DNA from: Candidatus Eiseniibacteriota bacterium
Lineage (GTDB): Bacteria > Joyebacterota > Joyebacteria > Joyebacterales > Joyebacteraceae
Assembly: GCA_043819135.1 (NCBI GenBank)
Contig: JBDRFG010000044.1
Location: 1-39,567, forward strand
DNA: 39,567 nucleotides
Reading direction: 5' to 3'
Shown: in pieces, positions 25,694 through 33,853 of the stretch
Layout of the letters: every line of letters begins with the position of its first letter
Numbering within the stretch: the stretch's first letter is position 1
Notes under the pieces: generated by a model
Seen by the model: the letters and a program-made list of their open reading frames with translations, nothing else
Told to the model about the DNA's origin: nothing
Databases searched by the model: none
Translations under genes and position numbers: made by a program

Positions 25694-26710
25694 TTAGCTC
25701 TTCATGCCTGACGTTGCCAGGCTCTGGATGATCTGCTTCTGTGCGAAGAAGTACGCGACGACGAGAGGTGCAATGGAGAACGCCGCCGCCGCCATCATCA
25801 GCTCGTGGCTGGTGCCCTGTTCCTGTGAGAATCGCGCCAGCCCGACCTGCAGCGGCCTCACCTCCGGTGTGTTGGTCATGACGAGGGGCCACAGAAACGA
25901 GTTCCAGGTCCCGACTATGGTGAAGATGACCACCGCGACCAGCACCGCCTTTGACAGCGGAAGCATGATGCGCCACAGGAACCCGAACCGGCTGCAGCCG
26001 TCGATGATGGCCGCGTCGTACAGGTCGTTCGGGATCGTCTTGAAGTGCTGCCGCAGAAGAAAAATGCTGAAGATGTGCGCAAGCCACGGAATAATGAGCG
26101 CCTGATAGGTGTCTATCCACCCGAGCTTCACCAGAATGATATAGGACGGGACGATGTAGACCGGCTGCGGCACCATCATCATTGAGAGGAAGATCAGGAA
26201 AATGTTGTCCCTACCCCAGAACTTCATCCGCGCGAACGCGTATGCCGCGAGCGACGACGTTACCAGAACGCCCGCGACCACAAAGAGCGTCACGAATACC
26301 GTGTTGAAGTAGTACCGGGCGAACGGCGCCTGGCTCCAGGCTTCGGCGTAGTTCCCGAAGCGCAGGCGGAAGCGGTCGACCACCAGCGACGTCGGGAGCA
26401 CCATCTCCGGCCCGCCCTCGATGGATCTCACGGTCGTCGTGCGGGCCTCGTTGTCGGACGACATGACGTAGACCTCGCTCCACTCCCCGCCTCCTGTTTC
26501 CGCGAAGTGCCCCGTCGGGATCCACGTGGGCGGAAACTCGAGGATCTCTATTGGAGACTTGAGCGACGTCGAGAGCATCCAGAAGAAGGGCACGATCATG
26601 ATGACGATGCCGACCCAAAGCCCGGCATAGACGCAGACCCGCCCCAGCGTCCTCCTGGCCCGATGACCGGCGTTGACCTCGAGATCGTGCTGAGATGTCG
26701 CAGAACTCAT
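25694..26710 (-). CDS. Carbohydrate ABC transporter permease (UgpE/MalG-like)
   Basis: PFFWMLSTSLK, LAAYAFAR, EAA-loop LLRQHFKTIPNDLYDAAIIDGCS and WNSFLWPL. Confidence 0.92.
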   Translation of the reverse strand: MSSATSQHDLEVNAGHRARRTLGRVCVYAGLWVGIVIMIVPFFWMLSTSLKSPIEILEFPPTWIPTGHFAETGGGEWSEVYVMSSDNEARTTTVRSIEGGPEMVLPTSLVVDRFRLRFGNYAEAWSQAPFARYYFNTVFVTLFVVAGVLVTSSLAAYAFARMKFWGRDNIFLIFLSMMMVPQPVYIVPSYIILVKLGWIDTYQALIIPWLAHIFSIFLLRQHFKTIPNDLYDAAIIDGCSRFGFLWRIMLPLSKAVLVAVVIFTIVGTWNSFLWPLVMTNTPEVRPLQVGLARFSQEQGTSHELMMAAAAFSIAPLVVAYFFAQKQIIQSLATSGMKS

Positions 26711-26789
26711 CCGCCGAGGTCCCTCTGGGCGCCCTGGTGGGGCGCTCGATCTTGGGGAGAAACGCCACGCCAGGCGGGGCGCCTCTCCC

Positions 26790-27764
26790 CTAATAGTAGA
26801 CCCTCCGCTCCACGATCCGCCTCTGGATCAGAGTGAGCGTCAGGATGATGCCGAAGAGCACGAGCGCGACGGCGCTCGCGTAGCCCATGTTGCCGCCGGC
26901 GTCGAATCCCTTCTCAAACAGGTAGTAGACAATGACCTTCGTCGTTCCCATCGGCCCCCCGACGGGCGGACCGGTCATGAGATATATCTGTGCAAAAACC
27001 TGGAAGGACACGATCGTCGTCGAGAGCAGTACGTAGAAGGTGGTCGGCGAGAGCAGCGGCCAGGTGACCTTCCAGAAGACCTGCCGCGGACTCGCGCCGT
27101 CTATCCGCGCCGCCTCGTAGTACTGGTCCGGGATGTTCTGGAGCCCGGCGAGGAAGATGACGATGTTGTAGCCGATGCCACGCCAGATGGCCACGATGAT
27201 GACCGCGATCAGAGCGAGGCTCGGCCCGGCCATCCAGTCCGGCCACCAGCCCCAGCTCAACGCGCCCGCCGCCATCTCGAAGATGCCGCGCGGCTCCTCC
27301 AGCCACTGCAGCGACCCGCCCCCCAGGAACTGGAGGAAGTAATTCAGGAGTCCGAGCCTCGGGTGGAAGATCCACTTCCACACCATCGAGACCGCCACGA
27401 GCGACGTTACTACGGGCAGGAAGTAGACCGTCCTGTAGAAACCGAGCGCGCGGATCTTCTGATTGAGGAGCACTGCCGCGAGGAGCGAGAGGAAGAGCGA
27501 GAGCGGAACGACACCGACGACGTAGTACGCCGTTGTGCCCAGCGAACTCCAGAACGTGGGATCCTGGAACAACCTCGCGTACTGCGCGAGACCCACGAAC
27601 CCCCGGATCCTCCCCATCTTGACGTCGAAGAACGAGAGCAGGAACGCCGAGCCGATGGGTATCATGCGGAAGATGAGCACGATGACGCCGGCGGGTACCA
27701 GGTACAGCGCCGCCGTCAGGGGGTCCATGTACTTCTTCCGCTTGAGCTTCTCGAGCCAGGTCAT
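26790..27764 (-). CDS. Carbohydrate ABC transporter permease (UgpA/MalF-like)
   Basis: FVGL.QY..LF.DP.FW.SL, YRTVYFLPVV, EAA-loop FLAGLQNIPDQYYEAARIDGAS and MGYASA. Confidence 0.93.
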   Translation of the reverse strand: MTWLEKLKRKKYMDPLTAALYLVPAGVIVLIFRMIPIGSAFLLSFFDVKMGRIRGFVGLAQYARLFQDPTFWSSLGTTAYYVVGVVPLSLFLSLLAAVLLNQKIRALGFYRTVYFLPVVTSLVAVSMVWKWIFHPRLGLLNYFLQFLGGGSLQWLEEPRGIFEMAAGALSWGWWPDWMAGPSLALIAVIIVAIWRGIGYNIVIFLAGLQNIPDQYYEAARIDGASPRQVFWKVTWPLLSPTTFYVLLSTTIVSFQVFAQIYLMTGPPVGGPMGTTKVIVYYLFEKGFDAGGNMGYASAVALVLFGIILTLTLIQRRIVERRVYY

Positions 27765-27786
27765 ACCGCCCGCCTCCGCCCGCTCG

Positions 27787-29061
27787 CTACCAGTCGTGTT
27801 CCTCGGTCACTATCTCGATCGTCTCACCGTCCGTCACGGCGATGAGATCGCCGTAGGTCGGCGCGACGTTGCGCGGCGTGTTCGGGACGATGCGGTCCGT
27901 GGCCATGTAGTCGGCATCGGCGGCGCGCAGGGCCGTCAGTACCACTTCCTTCTCGAGCGCCGCCTCGACCATAGCGTTGGAGATGAGCCCGACCCTGGGA
28001 TCGACGTTGCGGAGCCAGAACGGGGACGTGCCGTCGTCGTTGCCGTGGTGGGCGACCTGGAGGAGGTCCGCCCTGACGCCCGCCCTGCCGTATCTATCGA
28101 TGATGTAACGCTCTACGAAGAACTCGGCGTCGCCCATGGTCACGTATGAGACGCCGCCGAAGGTGAAGCGGAAGACCACGGAATCGTTGTTGCCCTCCGC
28201 GTCCTCGGGGATGTAATCAGGACTCGGCGCGAACTGAGTGCCGACGCCGGCCGAGAGGACCTGGACGTTGAAGCCGGGCGTATCGTCCCAATCGAGTAAA
28301 TCGCGGTTCGAGGAATCGTCGCCCTGCTTCACGGTGTAGATGTCTATGTTCCTGGCGTTCAACTTGTCGCGGAGACCCCGATCCATCGGGTCCAGGATGT
28401 AGGTGGTGTCCGGACCGATGAAGTCCCCGACCCAGAAGGTGTCCAGGATCCCACCGTCCTCCATGAAGCCGCCGATGTGGTCTGCGTGGTAGTGGGTGGC
28501 AACGGCATAGTCCAGGTAGGTGATGTCGTGGTCGAGCAGGAACGCCTCCACGTCGTCCAGGTGGTAGTCGGCGCCGGAGTCAATGAGAACGTGCGTCCCG
28601 CCCGGGGATTCGAGAGCCATCGAAAGCCCCCACCCGACATCGATCACAGAGAGCGTCATGGTCGGGCCGCCGAAGGCAACCCCGACGGCGGTAGCCGGCA
28701 ACTGCACGTCGGTGAGGTAGGCCTCGTTCCCGGCGCGGTCCATGCTGCGGACGCGGAACTCGTAGCTGCCGCCGTCGTCCATACTCAGCACGGTCACGGA
28801 GTGCGCGGTCGAGTGCTCCTTCGTGGACTCGTAGACGTAGTTTCTGAAGTCACCGCCGGCCGGCGCGTACTCGAGCACACACAGTGCCGGCTCGTTGGTC
28901 GTCCACGTCGCGACGCCCCCCGAGTATGCGAAACCCGTCACGACCGGCGGGTCCGGATCCTGTGACGGGTCGAACGGGTTCGTCTCATTCTCTGCGCAGC
29001 CCGCGGCGAAAACCAGCGCAAGGACAACAAGGGCCACAGGCCAGAGCCTGGCTCTTCTCAT
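27787..29061 (-). CDS. Lipoprotein with Fn3-like domain + ComEC/Pce-type metallo-beta-lactamase-fold hydrolase
   Basis: ATG at 29061 with AAGGAG RBS; lipobox FAAG|C; Fn3-like WTTNEPA...HSVTV..YEFRVRS.D.AGN; IDVGWG, LIDSG, THYHADHIGG, NNDSVV, MGDAE and ADLLQVAHHG. Confidence 0.82.
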   Translation of the reverse strand: MRRARLWPVALVVLALVFAAGCAENETNPFDPSQDPDPPVVTGFAYSGGVATWTTNEPALCVLEYAPAGGDFRNYVYESTKEHSTAHSVTVLSMDDGGSYEFRVRSMDRAGNEAYLTDVQLPATAVGVAFGGPTMTLSVIDVGWGLSMALESPGGTHVLIDSGADYHLDDVEAFLLDHDITYLDYAVATHYHADHIGGFMEDGGILDTFWVGDFIGPDTTYILDPMDRGLRDKLNARNIDIYTVKQGDDSSNRDLLDWDDTPGFNVQVLSAGVGTQFAPSPDYIPEDAEGNNDSVVFRFTFGGVSYVTMGDAEFFVERYIIDRYGRAGVRADLLQVAHHGNDDGTSPFWLRNVDPRVGLISNAMVEAALEKEVVLTALRAADADYMATDRIVPNTPRNVAPTYGDLIAVTDGETIEIVTEEHDW

Positions 29062-29138
29062 GGTCGTCTTCTCCTTCGTCTGTCGTACGCGGTAGGAAAA
29101 CCCTGGCGGGGCTTCGGCGTTCCCCGTCAAGAGGCGCG

Positions 29139-29167
29139 ATTGTAGGCTCATTCAGGCCGGAAGTCAA
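29139..29167 (-). promoter_or_regulatory. Putative sigma70 promoter heading the core 29061-13428 operon
   Basis: Minus strand reads TTGACT (29167-29162), 17 nt, TACAAT (29144-29139), about 78 nt upstream of the ATG at 29061. Confidence 0.75.
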
Positions 29168-29248
29168 GAAATGAAGGCGGGTTCACAGCACCCCTCGAGC
29201 ATGTGGGATGCGGTGGTACCGGCGGGGTTCCACCTGTTGAGCGGCGCG

Positions 29249-31291
29249 CTACTCCGGGCCGTCGGTCGCGCCGTAGGATGTGAGGTCGCGCACCTCATCG
29301 AGCAGGGCGCCGTTGGCCGCGTAGACGTGCAGCGACACGCGTTCCTGGTCGGCGTCGAACACACAATAGTGGTTAACGGGAGCGAAGGCGGCGACCTTGT
29401 TGACCCACGTGACGGACCTGTCTTGAGCGTAGAATGGAGCTCCCGCACCGCCGCTCACCAGGTGCCACACGGGATGAGCGAAGTCGGCGCGTATGTCGGC
29501 ATCGATGAGGGTCCGGCTGTAGTTGTGCTCGTCCCCACACATGAACGCGACCACCTTGGGGCTGTGCGCAAGTGCGCTCCAGAAACGGTCGCGCATGTCG
29601 ATGACATCGCCCAGGGGTACGGTGGGGTCGTTGAGACCTCCCTCGTGCCCTTTCCCGGGCTCGCCCCAGAACATCGCGTCGTACAGGTGGCCACCGTTCG
29701 GGAACGCGGGCTCGTGCGAGAAGACGAACACCCAGTCGATGTTCTCGTCGGCCTCAGCGGCGGCCAGGTCCTCCTCGAGCCACTCGAGCTGGTACGGCAG
29801 GACGTATCCCTCGCGGTTGCCGCCCAGAAGCCCAAGCGCGAGTGCGGTCCCTTCCTTGTCGCTCGGGTAGCGCACGGTGGTGCCGTCGTACATGACGCCC
29901 GTGAACCAGTAGTTAGTATTGATTGAGACGAAATGGCAGTTCCCGCGATTGAAGGAATAGACGGTCTCCGCGTAGTCGGGGCCCGCAACGACGCGCCCTC
30001 CGTCCTGAGGCAGCTCCTCAGGGCGCAGGCAGAATCCGTAGCAGCTGCCGGCTGGGTTCGCGAACTCGCTCGAGAACACGGCCTCGAGGCTCTCGGGCCC
30101 CTCGCGATCGCGATGAAGGATTAACCTGGCGCCGGGCTGCCCCGGCTCCGGCGCTGACAGGTAGTCGCCGAGCTGCTCGTGATTGCCCACTCCCTCATAG
30201 ATCGGCAGGGAGAAAGCGACCGAGCCCGCCGCCCGCTTCCAGGAATCCAGCTCGGACCGGAAGGCGCCCTCCGACGTCGTGTAGCCGTCGACGAGGTCGC
30301 CGCCGAACAGCATGAGGTCCACTTCCTTCGAGACCGCATCGGCAAGGATCGCCTTGAGCGTCGCGTGGTTGACTCCCTCCAGCGAGTGCTCGCCGCCGGC
30401 GGCGCCGCCGCGACTGTCCGATGCGAACGCGAAGCGGCATCCACCCCCCGCCCCATCGACCGGCGCGGTTCTGACGCGGAAGGGTCCCACCACGGCATCG
30501 TCCGAGCCGTAGCGCACGCGGTACTCATACTCCAGGGCGGGCTCGAGGCCCCGCACCGCAACCTCGTGAGTCAGGGAGACCTCCGGGTCGGCGAAGGTCG
30601 TATCCGCCAGGACGACCGCGCCCGGGGCCGGAACGTCGGTCTCCCACGAGACGACGAACGAGTCGGGGCCGACCAGGTCCACGAATGGGCCGAACGTCAT
30701 GGTCGAGGCGACGGCGTAGTCGCCCGTCTTCCTCGGACCCTCTCTCGTGTAGCGGAATCGCCGGTCGTACAGGTCGGAGGAGCCAGCCCGTGGATCGTAG
30801 ACCTCCAGCCTGTAGGCCACGTCCCCTCCCCCGTTCTCGATGTAGTGAAGGTCGTACGACGACGACTCGAGACTCGAGACGTCAACCTCGATGCGGTGAG
30901 CCGTCGAGGTCTCTCCCGGTCCGAGCGGCTCCACCGAGGCCTTGCGGAAGAGAGCCTCTCTGACGTTGCCGGAGAACGTGAACGGGCCGAAGCGCACGAC
31001 GGCGGCCGGAGTGGGAACGCTCGTCTCGAACTCGATGGTCGCCTTCGATCCGTCGAATCCGACGACGACGGGTCCACTCACCAGAAGGCGGTCGGCATTA
31101 AACTCGATCGGGCGGAGGTCGTCGGCCGTGATGCTGCTGAAGTCGTCCGCCGTTGCTCCGTCGAGTCCATCCGCCCTGGTGCCGTCGAGACCGTCCGCCT
31201 CGACGCCGTCGATGGCCGCGCCACATCCCGCCGAGTGGACGACCGCGACCAACAGAACAGCCGCCAGCGCGAGCGCGTTGGTTCCACGCAT
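29249..31291 (-). CDS. Exported metallophosphoesterase, purple-acid-phosphatase-like with Fn3 domains (possible lipoprotein)
   Basis: AGGAGG RBS; hydrophobic N-terminus with SAG|C; GPFVD..VVSWETD..HEV...GLEP..EYEYRV; motifs SDSRG, GGDLVDG, GNHE, FSHEP and GDEHNY. Confidence 0.82.
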   Translation of the reverse strand: MRGTNALALAAVLLVAVVHSAGCGAAIDGVEADGLDGTRADGLDGATADDFSSITADDLRPIEFNADRLLVSGPVVVGFDGSKATIEFETSVPTPAAVVRFGPFTFSGNVREALFRKASVEPLGPGETSTAHRIEVDVSSLESSSYDLHYIENGGGDVAYRLEVYDPRAGSSDLYDRRFRYTREGPRKTGDYAVASTMTFGPFVDLVGPDSFVVSWETDVPAPGAVVLADTTFADPEVSLTHEVAVRGLEPALEYEYRVRYGSDDAVVGPFRVRTAPVDGAGGGCRFAFASDSRGGAAGGEHSLEGVNHATLKAILADAVSKEVDLMLFGGDLVDGYTTSEGAFRSELDSWKRAAGSVAFSLPIYEGVGNHEQLGDYLSAPEPGQPGARLILHRDREGPESLEAVFSSEFANPAGSCYGFCLRPEELPQDGGRVVAGPDYAETVYSFNRGNCHFVSINTNYWFTGVMYDGTTVRYPSDKEGTALALGLLGGNREGYVLPYQLEWLEEDLAAAEADENIDWVFVFSHEPAFPNGGHLYDAMFWGEPGKGHEGGLNDPTVPLGDVIDMRDRFWSALAHSPKVVAFMCGDEHNYSRTLIDADIRADFAHPVWHLVSGGAGAPFYAQDRSVTWVNKVAAFAPVNHYCVFDADQERVSLHVYAANGALLDEVRDLTSYGATDGPE

Positions 31292-31303
31292 GTGTTCCTC
31301 CTG

Positions 31304-32206
31304 TCAGTAGGGCTTCCCGCTCGCCGCGGGAGGACGGGCGCGGCCGATGACTCCGACGAGCGCGACCATGGTGAGAACATAGGGGATCATCTGGACGAAC
31401 TGGGTAGGGACCGCCTGGCCCTGGAGCCCCATCTGCACCGCCTCCGCGTAGCCGAAGAGCAGACACGCCATCAGCGCGCCGACGGGATTCCACTTCCCGA
31501 ATATCATGGCCGCGAGCGCGATGAATCCTCTTCCGGCCGACATGTTCTTCACGAACTGATGAGTATTGAGCGCCAGGAACGCGCCTCCCAACCCGGCGAA
31601 CGCCCCGCTCATCAGCACTCCGGCAAACCGCATCGCGCGAACGCTGACGCCGAGCGTGTCGACGGCCTCGGGGTGCTCGCCGGTCGCCCTCAGCCTGAGC
31701 CCGAACGGAGTCTTGAAGAGCACCACGTGCGAGATGGCCACGAGCGCCAGAGCCACGTAGACGAGCGGCGGGTAGTGTCCTACGACGGCGTTCACGCCGT
31801 GCGCAGCGGGTCCCCAGCTCTCGGGAAGCGTCCAGTGCGCCATGCCCTGGACGGGCGGGGAATTGGCGGAACTGCCCCAGATGATCCACGTGAGGAACTG
31901 CGTGAGCCCCATCGCCAGGATGTTGATGGCCACACCGCTCACGATCTGATCGGCCTTGAACACTATGGACACGACCGCGTGAATGAGGGAGATGAGCATG
32001 CCGGCGAACACGCCGGCGAATACGCCGGCCCACGGATTGCCCGTGTAGAAGGTCGCGACGATGCTCGCGAACGCCCCCGTCAGGAGGATGCCCTCGAGAG
32101 CGATATTGACAACGCCGGAGCGCTCCGAGAAGAGCCCGCCGAGCGCGGCCAGTATGAGCGGTGTGGCCATCCTGAGGGCCGAGTCGAGCACCGCCAGTTC
32201 GAACAT
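31304..32206 (-). CDS. Nucleoside ABC transporter permease (NupQ/NupC-like, BPD_transp_2)
   Basis: ATPLILAALGGLFSERSGVVNIALEG, TPFGLRLRATGEHP, GRGFIALAAMIFGKW and IPYVLT. ATG at 32206 lies 8 nt after GGAGG (alternative GTG at 32215). Confidence 0.9.
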   Translation of the reverse strand: MFELAVLDSALRMATPLILAALGGLFSERSGVVNIALEGILLTGAFASIVATFYTGNPWAGVFAGVFAGMLISLIHAVVSIVFKADQIVSGVAINILAMGLTQFLTWIIWGSSANSPPVQGMAHWTLPESWGPAAHGVNAVVGHYPPLVYVALALVAISHVVLFKTPFGLRLRATGEHPEAVDTLGVSVRAMRFAGVLMSGAFAGLGGAFLALNTHQFVKNMSAGRGFIALAAMIFGKWNPVGALMACLLFGYAEAVQMGLQGQAVPTQFVQMIPYVLTMVALVGVIGRARPPAASGKPY

Positions 32207-32251
32207 CCCTTCCACCTCCCGCCGGAACCGGTTTGCGTCACGGGTCGCGTG

Positions 32252-33853
32252 CTAGCCGGACCGTGCTCGCCGCTTTCCGAGTATCTCCCTGAAACCGTCC
32301 CTCGCGGCCCGAACCGCCTCGCGGAGTTCACCTCTGCAGAAGAAGCGAGCTGCCGCTGCATAGACGATTGCTCCCACGGCCGCAGACGCAGCGATCACGC
32401 CCGCCCGCGCCGCCAGCGAGTCGGCCACGTCCATCCCGCTGAGACCACGCGCCAGGAAAAAGAGGGTCGCCGCCATGACCGCGGTCGCGAGAACCGTCCC
32501 TCCGAACGCACGGAAGAGCTTGCGATAGCGCCCGTGCCTGATGACCGGAGGAAGAACGATGAGGAAGATCCCAAGTTTGAACACGTGCGACACCGACGTC
32601 GCAAGCGCGATGCCGGAGTGCTTGTACGCGCCTATCAGCCCGAACACGAGCGCGATCTTGAAGACCAGCCTGACGAGCCCAGCGATCACCGGCGTCTTAG
32701 TGTTCTTCATCGCGATGAAGCCCGCGGCCATGATGCTGGTGAGGCCCAGCGCCCAGATGGTCGGCGTGTACAGCAGGAGCGCCGAGACTGTGTAGCGAAC
32801 CGACTCCTCTCCAAAGGCGCCACGCTGGAAGATCAACCGGACGAACGGCTCGCCGAGCATGGCCATCCCCACCGAGACGGGCAGCAGTACGAAGAACGCC
32901 AGCCGCATCGAAGTTATGATCTTCTCGCCCAGCTCGTCGTACTGCTCCCGCGCCGCCAGACGGGAGAACAGCGGGAACAGGACGACGGAGAACGCACCCA
33001 CGAGTATTTCCTTCGGCAGCTCGATGAGGCGCAGCGCGTACGCCAGGCCCGAGATGCTGCCCTCAGCGAGTCTCGAAGCGAAGATCCTGTCGATGACGTC
33101 GTCCAGTTTCGCTCCTGCCATTCCTATGAGCAGAGGCAAAGCCAGCCGCACCACGCCCCTGAACATCGGGTTCGAGAAGTCGATGCGGAGACGGAGGTTC
33201 TTACGAAGACGCCAGACGGCCGGCCACATCACTGCGGCGTGCGCCGCGCTACCGAGTACGACACCGTAAGCGAGTCCCTTGATGCCGTGCGTAGTGGTGA
33301 GCGTCAACGCGGCCAGGATGATCATGAGGTTGCTCAGCGGCTGCGTGGCTGCGGGAAGCGCGAAATTGCCGTGCACGTGAAGCACGTGTGTCAGGATGCC
33401 CGCGCCGGCCCCGATGAAGAGCGACAGCAGCATGATGCGGGTGAGGCTGACGGCCACCGCCTGGTTCTCGAGATCGAAGCCTGGGGCCACGACGGAGACG
33501 AGCCACGGAGCCGCGACCATGGCGACGACCGCGAGAGCGACGGCCACGAGCATGAAGTTCGCAATGAAGATGCCGGCGGCGCGCCAGGCCTCGTCCTCCC
33601 CCTGCTTCTCGAGCGCTTCCGTGAAGAACGGGACAAATCCGGCCCGCACCGGGGTACGCAGCCAGTGCGTGACTAGGGTGGGTATGGTGAAGGCCACAAA
33701 GAAGGCGTCCATCGAGGCCGTGGTCCCGAACTTCGAGGCCACGATGACGTCCTTGAACAGGCCGAGCGCCTTGACTACGACGGCGAATCCGATCACCCAC
33801 ACAGCGGAGACGATGACCCCGGCGGCACTGCTTGTTGCCCGGTTCTTGGTCAA
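32252..33853 (-). CDS. murJ: MurJ/MviN lipid II flippase family (MOP exporter)
   Basis: TTG at 33853 after AAGGAGG overlaps the permease stop. K.LGLFKD...A..FG...DAFFVAFTIP, IDRIFAS.L.EGSIS.L.YA.RL..LP, LIFQRGAF, F.AMKNTKTP and GIALATS. Confidence 0.85.
   Translation of the reverse strand: MTKNRATSSAAGVIVSAVWVIGFAVVVKALGLFKDVIVASKFGTTASMDAFFVAFTIPTLVTHWLRTPVRAGFVPFFTEALEKQGEDEAWRAAGIFIANFMLVAVALAVVAMVAAPWLVSVVAPGFDLENQAVAVSLTRIMLLSLFIGAGAGILTHVLHVHGNFALPAATQPLSNLMIILAALTLTTTHGIKGLAYGVVLGSAAHAAVMWPAVWRLRKNLRLRIDFSNPMFRGVVRLALPLLIGMAGAKLDDVIDRIFASRLAEGSISGLAYALRLIELPKEILVGAFSVVLFPLFSRLAAREQYDELGEKIITSMRLAFFVLLPVSVGMAMLGEPFVRLIFQRGAFGEESVRYTVSALLLYTPTIWALGLTSIMAAGFIAMKNTKTPVIAGLVRLVFKIALVFGLIGAYKHSGIALATSVSHVFKLGIFLIVLPPVIRHGRYRKLFRAFGGTVLATAVMAATLFFLARGLSGMDVADSLAARAGVIAASAAVGAIVYAAAARFFCRGELREAVRAARDGFREILGKRRARSG

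Noticed and set aside
16632..29061. Natural-competence (transformation) operon
   Set aside because: There is no ComEC membrane domain, pilin, secretin, comF or dprA in the window, and the linked nucleotidase and importers fit catabolism better. Competence cannot be excluded genome-wide.
29085..29130. Second TTGACG and weak hairpin in the leader of the MBL gene (promoter/attenuator)
   Set aside because: There is no -10 element at proper spacing, and the stem is short and mismatched.
30179..33676. 1165-aa plus-strand ORF
   Set aside because: It is antisense to three well-supported genes, is Arg/His/Gly-rich with no recognisable motifs, and is a typical high-GC shadow ORF.
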